From positions 1 to 37,530 of IMG/VR virus record IMGVR_UViG_3300033562_001394: a DNA stretch of 37,530 nucleotides; one strand, given 5' to 3'. This DNA is from a virus. Its lineage: Duplodnaviria > Caudoviricetes. Below are positions 16,186 to 25,876 of the stretch, in pieces. The notes below the pieces were generated by a model. It was not told the DNA's origin and did not search any database. It worked only from the letters and a program-made list of their open reading frames with translations. The position numbers were made by a program, and so were the translations under genes. Each line of letters starts with the position of its first letter. The stretch's first letter is position 1.

Positions 16186-18084
16186 ATGACCGCCGACACT
16201 GCTGTCGAACTCAAAGACCAAACGGGGATATTCGTCGAAGCATCGGCGACCCCAAACCAATTCAAAATCACTGCGATTTGTGCGGGAAAGTCCAAAAACA
16301 ATAATTTCTATCCAGATTCGACATTAAAGGAAGCCGTGTCGCTTTTCGAAAGTGCGCGGGTGTTCATGAAGCCAGATGCCCTTCATTTGCAAGGCGGTGG
16401 CAAAGACGTGTCCCGATTGATTGGCGGTTTGCGAAACGCGGCTTTCGTCGAGGGCGCAACGCCAGACAGCGGCAGCATCACCGCCACGCTCGTGGTCATC
16501 GAACCCTCGATTGCAGCGAAACTCACCGAAGCCGTTAATGCTGGCATGACAGGTCTTTTTGGGTTCAGCATCGATGCGGAAGGCGATATTCAAAAGCGTG
16601 CGGACGGCGTGCGTGAAGCTAAGAAATTCAATCGCGTGCATTCGGTCGATATGATTGTCGAAGCGGGCGCGGGTGGCAAACTCGACGGGTTAATGCGCGA
16701 AGCCTTTGGTGGTTTGGCAGCGAATGATGAATCCAAATATGCGGGCAAACCGCCTTTTGTGCCACAACCTCAACCCGTTCCCGCCGCTGCACAACCTGCT
16801 GGGATTACGCAAGCCCAAATGTTGGAAGCGATGAGTTCGATGCAAATGGTGACGGCGTGCAAACTACCCGACCTTGCAAAACAAAAGGTTATGGAAGCGT
16901 TGCAGGCAAATCCCACGATTGCGAATGCCACTCGACTGATCGAAAGTGAAGGCAAATACCTCGAACAAAACGGTGCTTTCAAAGAAGCCCAACGCACCGA
17001 TTCATTTGGGAATTTTATTATGGCGGGTGAAGACCAATCTCAAAAAGCCCAAACCATGCTCGATGACCTTCTAAATGGTAAGGTTCATAGCCTCAAAGAA
17101 GCCTATCGACATATCACGGGCGACGTTGAAATGACGGGTCAATTCACCTCAAAAGTTGCCGCGCGTTTGCGTGAAACTGCGCCCGCTCAATTTCGTGAAG
17201 CGGTGAGTGCCAGCACTTTCCCGTTGATGTTTGGTGCTTCGTTGAATAAGAAAATGATCAGCGATTACAACAGCATGACCCAGTATCAAATCTGGCGACC
17301 GCTCGTTCAAGTTGTGCCGCTCGGGGATTTCAAAACCCAGCATCGCGTGCGTATGGGCGGGTATGGTGGAACGTTGGCAACCATTGCTGAACGCGGAAAT
17401 TACACCGCATTGACCTCGCCAACAGAGGAAGAAGCCACGTATGCACCTACGAAACGGGGCGCAACTGAAAGCATTTCTTGGGAAGCAATTCGTAATGATG
17501 ACGTTGGAATGCTTCGCCGCTTACCCGTCAAAATGGCAGATGTTGCCTCACGAACCTTAGGGATGCACGTCTTAGACATTTTGCGTGCCAATCCCACGAT
17601 TTACGACACCAAAGCCCTTTTCCACACGGATCATGGGAATTTAGGAAGCGCGGCGTTAAGTGCGAATAGCCTTGCAGCGGCTCGCCTTGCGATGATGGCA
17701 CAAACCGAGTTGGGTTCGAGTGTGCGCTTAGGAATTCCACCACGCAATTTATGGATTCCCGCCGATCTCGAGCAAGCCGCTTATGATTTGTTTAACCGCA
17801 CAACCAACCTTGATAAAAGTTTCATTCAAAGTCAAGCACTTAATATTTCAACGGTGTGGTATTGGACGGACGTAAATGATTGGGTAGTGACGGCGGATCA
17901 AACCAGTATTCCCTTTATTGAATTAGGCTTTTTGGATGGTCGTGAAGAACCTGAATTGTTCATTCAAGATATGCCAAACACGGGCTCGATGTTCACCAAC
18001 GACGTGATCACCTACAAATTACGTCATGTTTATGGGTCAACGGTTTTAGATTATCGCGGCGCGTATAAATCCGTAGTCGCTTAA
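16186..18084 (+). CDS. Fused prohead protease/scaffold and major capsid protein (Mu gpT-like)
   Basis: N-terminal GKSKNNNFY...GFSIDA...SVDMIVEAGAGG protease-like domain; C-terminal SWEAIRNDD, LFHTDHGNL and YKLRHVYG...DYRG capsid motifs. Confidence 0.9.
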   Translation: MTADTAVELKDQTGIFVEASATPNQFKITAICAGKSKNNNFYPDSTLKEAVSLFESARVFMKPDALHLQGGGKDVSRLIGGLRNAAFVEGATPDSGSITATLVVIEPSIAAKLTEAVNAGMTGLFGFSIDAEGDIQKRADGVREAKKFNRVHSVDMIVEAGAGGKLDGLMREAFGGLAANDESKYAGKPPFVPQPQPVPAAAQPAGITQAQMLEAMSSMQMVTACKLPDLAKQKVMEALQANPTIANATRLIESEGKYLEQNGAFKEAQRTDSFGNFIMAGEDQSQKAQTMLDDLLNGKVHSLKEAYRHITGDVEMTGQFTSKVAARLRETAPAQFREAVSASTFPLMFGASLNKKMISDYNSMTQYQIWRPLVQVVPLGDFKTQHRVRMGGYGGTLATIAERGNYTALTSPTEEEATYAPTKRGATESISWEAIRNDDVGMLRRLPVKMADVASRTLGMHVLDILRANPTIYDTKALFHTDHGNLGSAALSANSLAAARLAMMAQTELGSSVRLGIPPRNLWIPADLEQAAYDLFNRTTNLDKSFIQSQALNISTVWYWTDVNDWVVTADQTSIPFIELGFLDGREEPELFIQDMPNTGSMFTNDVITYKLRHVYGSTVLDYRGAYKSVVA

Positions 18085-18122
18085 TTTTATTGATTTTTCA
18101 ACAACAAAGAGGACGTAAAGCA

Positions 18123-18272
18123 ATGGAAGAGTTTCGTGCAAACGGACACACCTATCGATGGAATCCAGAAACCAAGAAAATCTATGTGGTTTCTAACGAA
18201 GACCATTCCCAAAACTATACGGGAAAGAAGGCGGATTCCATCGATGAAGCTAAAGAAGTGGTGCAGGCGTAG
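18123..18272 (+). CDS. Small hypothetical protein
   Basis: GAGGA RBS; 49 aa. Confidence 0.45.
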   Translation: MEEFRANGHTYRWNPETKKIYVVSNEDHSQNYTGKKADSIDEAKEVVQA

Positions 18273-18274
18273 CC

Positions 18275-18907
18275 ATGAGTAACTTGTACGCGGGTCTTCT
18301 ATCGACGGTCGCACGCGGGGTGATGCCTGCGGAGGTGAACTCGCCAGAATATCAGCGTCAGGCGGTGACGTTGGACGAGTTTGGTAGCAATATCAATGCC
18401 ATAACCTTTCCAACGGCACTCACCACTTGGGGGAAACTCGACGAAATCGGGCTTTTTGATGGGGTGATCGCGGGTAAAAAAGTCGCTTCCCAAAAAATTC
18501 CTCCTCAATTTATCAATGAAGGCGATACAGTTGAAATACCTGCTAAAAATTTAGTAATTTCAATGGCTTGCCCTAATTTACCCGCTATTTCTTTACCATC
18601 GCCAAATACGCTTAGTTTTTCATGGGTTGAGTTATTCCCAAAACCGTTATTTGTGTCGAAGGCTGGAAAATCAGTATTAGTTGTTCGGATATTTATTGAA
18701 GAACCTTTTGATGATGAAACCGTTATTTCAATTGGAGACTCAAATAATCTAGAACAATTAGTTTCTCACTTAATGGTTTATCCGACAGACGTAGGAGAAT
18801 ACTCACTTTCAATTGGTTATACCTATCCAGTTGATACGCCTATTTTCCTCTATATTTCAAACGCAACACATGGGTCTGGTGTAGTTATTGTAACATTAGA
18901 ACCATAA
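18275..18907 (+). CDS. Putative virion structural protein
   Basis: YQRQAV...ITFPTALTTWG...IGLFD motif typical of phage fibre/structural modules. Confidence 0.55.
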   Translation: MSNLYAGLLSTVARGVMPAEVNSPEYQRQAVTLDEFGSNINAITFPTALTTWGKLDEIGLFDGVIAGKKVASQKIPPQFINEGDTVEIPAKNLVISMACPNLPAISLPSPNTLSFSWVELFPKPLFVSKAGKSVLVVRIFIEEPFDDETVISIGDSNNLEQLVSHLMVYPTDVGEYSLSIGYTYPVDTPIFLYISNATHGSGVVIVTLEP

Positions 18908-18917
18908 AGGAAAAAAC

Positions 18918-19373
18918 ATGACTTTTCCAATATGGCAAAACATCTTAGGAACGCTTTCTCAAACCTTTAAAATTGGAGGAAAGAACGGCGTAACCTTAGG
19001 AAATAATAGCGGACAATTAACCGTCAATGGTTCTCCGCTTACAAGTGGCGTGCAAATGAAAATTGTGGATGTTGCTTTTAATTCCTCTGCAACAATTAAT
19101 ACTATTAACTTGCCAATTGGTAGTTCTATTATTGATGCGCGTCTATATGTAGATACGGTATTTGATGGCACACCAACGCTGTCAGTAGGTGTTTCTGGGG
19201 ATACTTCAAAATATGTTTCTACGAGTGATATTGATTTAACATCGGCGGGTGCTTATCCAGTCATTACAAATCCTCTCGCTGCAACCACAGAAGAAAGTGT
19301 CATTATTTCTTATTCCAGCGGCTCTGCAACAGCAGGTAGCGCACGGTTATTATTAGTTTATGGGGTAGGTTAG
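18918..19373 (+). CDS. Putative head decoration/structural protein
   Basis: Beta-rich, S/T/G-rich; LPIGSSII...VDTVFDG...LSVG...TAGSARLLLVY. Confidence 0.55.
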   Translation: MTFPIWQNILGTLSQTFKIGGKNGVTLGNNSGQLTVNGSPLTSGVQMKIVDVAFNSSATINTINLPIGSSIIDARLYVDTVFDGTPTLSVGVSGDTSKYVSTSDIDLTSAGAYPVITNPLAATTEESVIISYSSGSATAGSARLLLVYGVG

Positions 19374-19375
19374 AA

Positions 19376-20200
19376 ATGAGCGCGGCAATCCTCAATTGGA
19401 TTAAACTTCTTCGTTTGAAAGTTGTAAATGGGATTTATTCATCGACGATTGCTGCGCCCACCCTTACTGCGAATAGAAACCTTGTTGTTCCAGATAGTAG
19501 TGGAACATTCGCATTAACCACTGAAAATGAACCCTTTCTTCGTGATTTTAAAACCATTCGGGTATTTGAGGATTGGATTGGATCAGATATTAGAGGAACA
19601 ATCGGGTGGAATACTGGAGTTGCAAACACTGGAACGGCTGGCGTTACTTCCTTGATTTCAAATAATAATAATCAAGGCGTGATTGGGCTTGCAACGCAAA
19701 GCAATGCAGCGGGTCGGGCATCTATTTATACAGCGGATTTTAATGGTGCGGGTTGTGGTTTCTTTTTAGATGGTGTAATTAAAATGCGTTGGGTTATCAA
19801 TATTTCCACGCTTGCAGCCATTGGATCAAATGAATTTTTTATAAAAATTGGACTTTCAAATAACGTTTCATCTGCAACAGAAGGTTGCTTAAATGGGCTT
19901 TTATTTTCTTATAAAGCGACTTCAAGTTTAAATTGGGAAATAATTGCAACAAAAGCAGGTTCAGAAACCAAAATAACCACTAATATTCCTGTTGTTGCAA
20001 ACAAATGGGTTGTTTTAGACATGAGTTTTGATGGCACAAATGCCAGTTTTTCAATAAATAATACCAGTATTGGAACAATTTCAAATGCAAATTTACCAAT
20101 AAATACAACGACTTTAGGATTGCACGCTCGCCTTGTGAAAACATTAGGAACAAGCAATAGAGCTCTTTATATTGATAAATGTTTCTTTACGAGAAATTAA
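19376..20200 (+). CDS. Putative head fibre/lectin-like structural protein
   Basis: TANRNLVVPDSSGT fibre motif followed by a beta-sandwich-like domain. Confidence 0.5.
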   Translation: MSAAILNWIKLLRLKVVNGIYSSTIAAPTLTANRNLVVPDSSGTFALTTENEPFLRDFKTIRVFEDWIGSDIRGTIGWNTGVANTGTAGVTSLISNNNNQGVIGLATQSNAAGRASIYTADFNGAGCGFFLDGVIKMRWVINISTLAAIGSNEFFIKIGLSNNVSSATEGCLNGLLFSYKATSSLNWEIIATKAGSETKITTNIPVVANKWVVLDMSFDGTNASFSINNTSIGTISNANLPINTTTLGLHARLVKTLGTSNRALYIDKCFFTRN

Positions 20201-20203
20201 TCC

Positions 20204-20908
20204 ATGACCGTTCAAATTCCACAAACCATTTTGCAACCGATTGGGTGTGTGACAGTTGAGAAACTGCTTGATGAGATGTTCATGGGAATGGGTGATAATT
20301 TCACAGAACAATCAAAAACTTACGCAATCACAATGGCGTTGGGAAAATATTCAACGGATTGCCCTCGTGAAATTATGGCGAATGTGAATGGACGTGGCGA
20401 TAGATTGTCCTTGCCAAGTGAGTGGGTTTTTAGGCTTTCAGAAATTAGAAATATTGAATTTCCACTCTACCAAAATCCACCATCATTCTTAAAAAACGAG
20501 TGTTTTCAAGTGTATGCGTCACCGTCTGGGCAAGAAATACGACTGTTCGATGTGGCGATCAAAACGACTGACCTCGCGCGCGTGACGTACACGACCGCAT
20601 GGAAAGAGAGCGATTTGGAGATGAATGGCATCGAAGCGGTGGCGATGTGGGCGGCGAGTTTGTTGTGCGAACAGTTTGCGACGCGGTTTGCCCCATCAAC
20701 CGATAGCACGATCTCGGCGGACGGCGTAAGTCATGTATCGAAAAGCCAGAATTTTTCAACTCGCGTCAAGGCATTGCGTGAAAGATACGAGCAAATCGTG
20801 GGCAAAAAAGCCGATAACTTCCCTAAAGCCGCGTGCGCAGTAGTGAATTTGAACGCAACCACTTCACGCGGACGGGACTTTTTCACACACCCGAATCGGT
20901 GGCGATAA
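20204..20908 (+). CDS. Putative head-tail connector
   Basis: Synteny after the capsid; DSTISADGVSHVSKSQNF motif. Confidence 0.55.
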   Translation: MTVQIPQTILQPIGCVTVEKLLDEMFMGMGDNFTEQSKTYAITMALGKYSTDCPREIMANVNGRGDRLSLPSEWVFRLSEIRNIEFPLYQNPPSFLKNECFQVYASPSGQEIRLFDVAIKTTDLARVTYTTAWKESDLEMNGIEAVAMWAASLLCEQFATRFAPSTDSTISADGVSHVSKSQNFSTRVKALRERYEQIVGKKADNFPKAACAVVNLNATTSRGRDFFTHPNRWR

Positions 20909-21435
20909 TGGCTTCAGAAATCGTGATTCAAGGGTTTGCTGGATTAGCCCATGTCTTTGAAAAAGCACCCAATTTAGCGTTTGAACGGTTGGGCGCGGCG
21001 ATGTACGAAGCGGAGTTATTGATCGAAGCCCTTGCGAAAGAGAAAACGCCCGTTTTTACAGGGTTATTGCGTGATTCGATAGCGGCGAAAAAGCCCGTCG
21101 TTGAAAACATGGGTTTGATTGGCGTGGTGGGATCGCCGATAAAGTATGCGATTGCTGTGGAATTAGGTTCTGCACCGCATTTTCCTCCGATTGCACCGCT
21201 TCAAGAGTGGGCGTTTAGAAAACTCAAAGGAAATCAAAAACTTTCCAAAAAGAAAGCCCGTCAAACCAATGCAGACGCTAAGGATTTTGCTATGAAAATA
21301 GCGTGGAAAATCAAGGCTCGCGGTACGAAAGGGCATTTCATGATGACCAACGCTTTCAAAGCAGCAACGGGTCAAGTAAATGGCATCCTAAACAGGGCTT
21401 TAAAACAACTTGAGAAGGATTTTAAGGGTGCTTGA
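20908..21435 (+). CDS. HK97 gp10-like / virion morphogenesis (tail completion) protein
   Basis: TPVFTGLLRDSI...YAIAVELGS...HFPP...RGTKGHFM. Confidence 0.8.
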   Translation: MASEIVIQGFAGLAHVFEKAPNLAFERLGAAMYEAELLIEALAKEKTPVFTGLLRDSIAAKKPVVENMGLIGVVGSPIKYAIAVELGSAPHFPPIAPLQEWAFRKLKGNQKLSKKKARQTNADAKDFAMKIAWKIKARGTKGHFMMTNAFKAATGQVNGILNRALKQLEKDFKGA

Positions 21436-21883
21436 GCAAATCCGTTCAAAGATTGTGGAGATGCTGCGGGCGATTCCAGACATCGGGATCGTGCATGAGC
21501 GCGAACGGTACTTTTCAGACCTCGACAAAATCCGTGCCGCATACACATGGCAACCCACGACAGCGGGATCGCCCAAACAAGTGCGTGGTTGGTTTCTACG
21601 ACGGGTAAAAATGAACCCAGAACACTTAGGGAATTTCAAGTATGACCTTGAAAATACCTGGGAAATCACGGGTTATGTGGGTTGGAATGAAGAGCTTAAT
21701 TCTGAAATCGTTTTTGATGGGTTAATTGAGGAAATATTTCAAACCTTTAAAAAACCCATCCCATTGAATTTATTAGGTTTAACCGCGTTTGGAATTGAAT
21801 TAGTTGATTCGAGCACGGTGAATTTCACGGGAGTGGTTTGCCATCGAGCAACCCTTCAATTGGTTACAAAACACAAATCATAA
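21428..21883 (+). CDS. Putative tail terminator
   Basis: Synteny; IGIVHERERY...RGW...SEIVFD...CHRATLQL. Confidence 0.6.
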   Translation: MLEQIRSKIVEMLRAIPDIGIVHERERYFSDLDKIRAAYTWQPTTAGSPKQVRGWFLRRVKMNPEHLGNFKYDLENTWEITGYVGWNEELNSEIVFDGLIEEIFQTFKKPIPLNLLGLTAFGIELVDSSTVNFTGVVCHRATLQLVTKHKS

Positions 21884-21895
21884 GGAATTTTAATC

Positions 21896-22639
21896 ATGGC
21901 TGGGATTATTGCAGCGGGCGATCTTCGGATTGCAAGATGGGAAAATGGGGATTTCAAAGCATTTCAAGAAATGCCAATCAATTGCACTAAGTTTGAAATA
22001 AAACCTGACGGCGAATTTAAAACAAGAATGCTAACTCAGATTGAAAAATACGGGCAAGTTGGTGGGGGAGTAGGACTTCCAAAGCCCATGAGTTTAAGTA
22101 TTGAAGTAGATGATTCAGATGATGCAGAAGTGCTTGGAATTGCTTTAATGGGAACGGTTTATACTGAAGCCGCCGCTACTAATGCAACACCTGTAACCGA
22201 TGAATCATTTGTGGTGAAAGAACTAAATGGATATTTACCACTAAATCATACAAATATTACTAATTTAGTTGTTAAAACCCAAGCGGATGTTGTTATTAAT
22301 CCAAGTAATTATAAACTTTATCCGCGTAAAACAGGCATGATTTTGTTTAGCGGTGGGGTGACTAAAGGTGAAACAGTTAAATTAAGTTATTCTCACCAAG
22401 CGGGTTCAAACACCAAAATTAAAGTAATGACTAATAGTTTAATTAAAGCACAGGTTTGGCTTGATGGTGTGAATTTAGAAACTGGAAAAGATTTTGAAGT
22501 TAAGTTTCACCGTGTAGGATTTTTATCTAAATCTGCATTAAATTTCATGAGCGGGGATTTTGTGAAAACCGCGCTAGAAGGAACGCCAGAAACCCCCACT
22601 GGTTTCGATTCTCCTTGTGATTACATCAAATACGAATAG
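21896..22639 (+). CDS. Major tail (tube) protein, siphovirus type
   Basis: Position before the chaperone and tape measure; LDGVNL...F...DF...LEG motifs; no sheath gene present. Confidence 0.7.
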   Translation: MAGIIAAGDLRIARWENGDFKAFQEMPINCTKFEIKPDGEFKTRMLTQIEKYGQVGGGVGLPKPMSLSIEVDDSDDAEVLGIALMGTVYTEAAATNATPVTDESFVVKELNGYLPLNHTNITNLVVKTQADVVINPSNYKLYPRKTGMILFSGGVTKGETVKLSYSHQAGSNTKIKVMTNSLIKAQVWLDGVNLETGKDFEVKFHRVGFLSKSALNFMSGDFVKTALEGTPETPTGFDSPCDYIKYE

Positions 22640-22650
22640 GAAGTCAAGCC

Positions 22651-23058
22651 ATGACCAAAGTTAAAACCTCATTAGGGGTAGTTGAAGTTAAGGAATTGAG
22701 TACGCAAGCAGCGATGCAAACCTTTGATAACATGAAGAAAATCGCCGAGCAACATAGCATTCTGAACCTTCAAGATGTGTTGTTAATGATGTTGGGTTCG
22801 ATGACGGATTCGGTGGGCGACGCGGTGAAATTGCCCGACGGCGTGACCTTTGGCGCGTTGCGATTTTCAGAAACCGTCCATGTGGTGGAGGCGTTTATCA
22901 ACGAAAACCCCTCTTTTTTCGACAAAATGAGAAGCATCAGCGTCGCCACTCGCGTGGTAACTCTGTGGTTAGATTCGCTCATTCCTGCCAAAGAAACCAC
23001 GACAACCTTGTCGGACTCGTCTGCCGACTTACCGAACTCGGACACTCCCACGTCCTAA
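22651..23058 (+). CDS. Tail assembly chaperone (gpG-like; probable -1 frameshift product ends at 23114)
   Basis: NPSFF motif; T TTT TTC at 22914-22920; -1 frame is open to 23114. Confidence 0.7.
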   Translation: MTKVKTSLGVVEVKELSTQAAMQTFDNMKKIAEQHSILNLQDVLLMMLGSMTDSVGDAVKLPDGVTFGALRFSETVHVVEAFINENPSFFDKMRSISVATRVVTLWLDSLIPAKETTTTLSDSSADLPNSDTPTS

Positions 23059-23097
23059 GTTATCCCTACTCGTTTTTAATGAAAGTGGTTGATTTTT

Positions 23098-25503
23098 ATG
23101 GCAGAAAAACTTGAACTCACCGCGATTCTAAAGCTCAATGCGAATGAATTCCTGAAATCAGTACAGGAATCGGGCGCACGACTGACTGAATTTGGGAAAA
23201 CCGCGGAACAATCAGGAAAAACGGTTTCTTCTGCCATTCCAAAAGACCCCATGAAAGACCATGTGGCGCATCTTGATAAAGCAGCGGCGGGTCACGACAA
23301 ACTCGCCAAAGCCGCCGCACAATCAGGGAAAACCATCGGTGACATCAAACAAAAAACCGATGACGCGGCTAATTCATCTGTTTCGGCAGAATCTGGATTT
23401 TCAAAGTTGACGGGAACAATCGCAAAAGTAGTAGCGGTCGCTGCCTCCGCAAAAGTAGCGTTTGATTTCCTTTCTGATGCCACAATAGCCGCTGCAAAAG
23501 AACAGCGGTTTGAATTGGCTACCGAAGCCCATTTAAAAGCACTCAATACAGATTCAAACTCAGGAATGCTTACAACGCAAGAGCTAAATCCTTTAATTGA
23601 AGATGTTACAAAAACATCATTTACAACCGTTGATCAAGCACGCGATGCAATTTCGTCATTAGCCCGTCTTGAACTCCCTAAAGAACAATTTAAATCTTCT
23701 ATTGACGTGGCAAAGAATTTAGCTGAAGTGCTCGGTGTTTCAATGCCAATGGCTGCCTACAAATTACAATATGCATTAGAATCACCTGCTTCTTCATTTA
23801 CGGCATTTACGCAAGCGGGTGTTTCATTTACAAGTGAAGAAAAGGAAAAAATTGAGGCTTTACAGGATTCAGGGGAATTATTAGAAGCTCAACAGATTAT
23901 TTTAGAGAAACTAAATGGTTCATTAGGAAATGCTGCTGTTGCAGCCGCAAGTGGATATGAAGGCGCAGTGGATCAAGTTGATAAAGCGTGGGAAAGATTA
24001 CTAATTACGGTTGGGAAAAATACCGTTAATGGTGAAACCTTTTTTGTAAAAATGAAAGCTGCTGCACTAAATTATTTAACTGATGTGGTCGATTTAACTA
24101 TAAATCCAACTACTAATGCAAATATTCAATTAAAAGAACAGCGTATCAAATCAGTTCAAATGGAAAATGCAAATCCATTTCAAGATATTGCAGAATCAGA
24201 TGAAGAAACTTTAAATGGTTTAAGAGATCAAATTATTAATAGGATTTCAGCGTATGACCAAATAAAAGCAGAAATGCAAGGAAAAGGCGTTTCAGAATTA
24301 AATTTGAACTTTCAAGAAGCAGAAGGACAATTAAAACGCTTCCAAGATCAATTAGCCTTAGTTGACCAAACGCTTGAAAATAATGGATTTATGAAATATG
24401 GTGCAGATGCTAAACAAATTTTAGCAGAAATAGCGAGAATTGAAAACGCAACAAGCGCACAAAGAACCGTCTTGGAAAAAAAAGAAAATGATAATAATAA
24501 ACATCTTATTAAAGAGATGCTTTCAGGCAGAAGAGCTTTTGATTTAGAAGTTATCCAAAATACTAAATTCAAAGTTGATGAGATTGTTAAGTTAGAAGAA
24601 GATTTAAAGAAAAGATTAGAAACAATTGAACAATCAAAAGAACAAAAATCATTAAGTATTGCTGATAAAATTCGTGCGAAAGGTCGTGTGAATATGACTG
24701 ACGCTGGAAAAGAAGCCGATATTCAAGCGGAAGCCCAAGAAAAATTAGCTGCATCTGCAAAAGCCTTAGAAGAAGGTGATACTGAAAAAGCTAAGAAACT
24801 CGCTGAGCAAGCTGAAAATCTAGCGGGTCAAGTTCAGGATTATGATGCGTCGGTTTCTTTATATAAAGAAGCGGAAGCCGCTTTTAACGCCTCACTCGAT
24901 AAAGATGCTGAAAATGCGCAAGCGGGTTTAGATGAATTAGCAACCCAAGAAGGCAGTACCACAAAAGTTGAAGTGGATATTTCTGAAGCGGATGCAAAAA
25001 TTGAAGAACTCAAGGCTAAATTTGAGGAAATTAAAAACCAAACTATTAAAGTAGAAGTTGAACTTCCTGATTTGGGCGAATTTAAAAGCGCGGGAAAATT
25101 AACGCTTGGAAGTAATGAAGTACAAGAATATGCAACGGGTGGGCAATTATCGGGATTTGGGGGTGGAGATAGAATACCTGCGTTATTAGAAGCGGGCGAG
25201 TTTGTTATCAATAAAGATAGCACGCGGCAACATAACAACTTATTGCATTTGATTAATTATTTTCCAGAGCAAGTGCCAAGGTTTTCAACGGGTGGCGGGA
25301 TTGGATTACCCGATATTTCATTACCCGATATTCCAGAAATGCCTCAAGGATTAAAGGATTCCCCTTCAAAATCCCCTGAAATAATGGTTTTAAAGTGGGA
25401 AAACGGGGCGGGTCAAACAGGTCAAATCAAAACCTTTTTAGATCAACGTGAGGAACTCGTGCGTTTCACCAGCGCGTTCAAACAAGCAGGGAGAGGAACT
25501 TAA
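23098..25503 (+). CDS. Tail tape measure protein
   Basis: About 800 aa, Ala/Glu/Lys-rich coiled coil; ATGG...GGGDRIPALLEAGEFVIN C-terminal motif. Confidence 0.9.
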   Translation: MAEKLELTAILKLNANEFLKSVQESGARLTEFGKTAEQSGKTVSSAIPKDPMKDHVAHLDKAAAGHDKLAKAAAQSGKTIGDIKQKTDDAANSSVSAESGFSKLTGTIAKVVAVAASAKVAFDFLSDATIAAAKEQRFELATEAHLKALNTDSNSGMLTTQELNPLIEDVTKTSFTTVDQARDAISSLARLELPKEQFKSSIDVAKNLAEVLGVSMPMAAYKLQYALESPASSFTAFTQAGVSFTSEEKEKIEALQDSGELLEAQQIILEKLNGSLGNAAVAAASGYEGAVDQVDKAWERLLITVGKNTVNGETFFVKMKAAALNYLTDVVDLTINPTTNANIQLKEQRIKSVQMENANPFQDIAESDEETLNGLRDQIINRISAYDQIKAEMQGKGVSELNLNFQEAEGQLKRFQDQLALVDQTLENNGFMKYGADAKQILAEIARIENATSAQRTVLEKKENDNNKHLIKEMLSGRRAFDLEVIQNTKFKVDEIVKLEEDLKKRLETIEQSKEQKSLSIADKIRAKGRVNMTDAGKEADIQAEAQEKLAASAKALEEGDTEKAKKLAEQAENLAGQVQDYDASVSLYKEAEAAFNASLDKDAENAQAGLDELATQEGSTTKVEVDISEADAKIEELKAKFEEIKNQTIKVEVELPDLGEFKSAGKLTLGSNEVQEYATGGQLSGFGGGDRIPALLEAGEFVINKDSTRQHNNLLHLINYFPEQVPRFSTGGGIGLPDISLPDIPEMPQGLKDSPSKSPEIMVLKWENGAGQTGQIKTFLDQREELVRFTSAFKQAGRGT

Positions 25504-25505
25504 CC

Positions 25506-25874
25506 ATGCGGGTGCTTGGCAATCTGGTGTTACCCGATAATACCCAATGGACAAATCAAATGACGTGGTCGCCCGTTCGTCGAACCACCCAACGCACAAC
25601 GGGCGGCGGGATCGTGGTCACGCATCAACGTTTGAAAGGCGGGCAACCGATTACGTTGACCTTTCTTGAAGCGGATTTTTGCTTGACATTTCAAGACGTT
25701 GAGAAAATCAAAGAGATGGCAATGCGGGCGGGTGAATCGTTTAGTTTTGTGTGGGATTCGTTTGTGAGCGCGGTGGTGTTTGACGAGCAACCCCACGAAT
25801 TGAAACCTTGTTTTAACTATTTTGAAACCGAACAAGACTTCTTCTTCGGTGAAATCAAACTCTTAGGATTATAG
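25506..25874 (+). CDS. Putative distal tail protein
   Basis: Follows the tape measure gene; LPDNTQW...W.PV...GQPITL motif. Confidence 0.6.
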   Translation: MRVLGNLVLPDNTQWTNQMTWSPVRRTTQRTTGGGIVVTHQRLKGGQPITLTFLEADFCLTFQDVEKIKEMAMRAGESFSFVWDSFVSAVVFDEQPHELKPCFNYFETEQDFFFGEIKLLGL

Positions 25875-25876
25875 CT

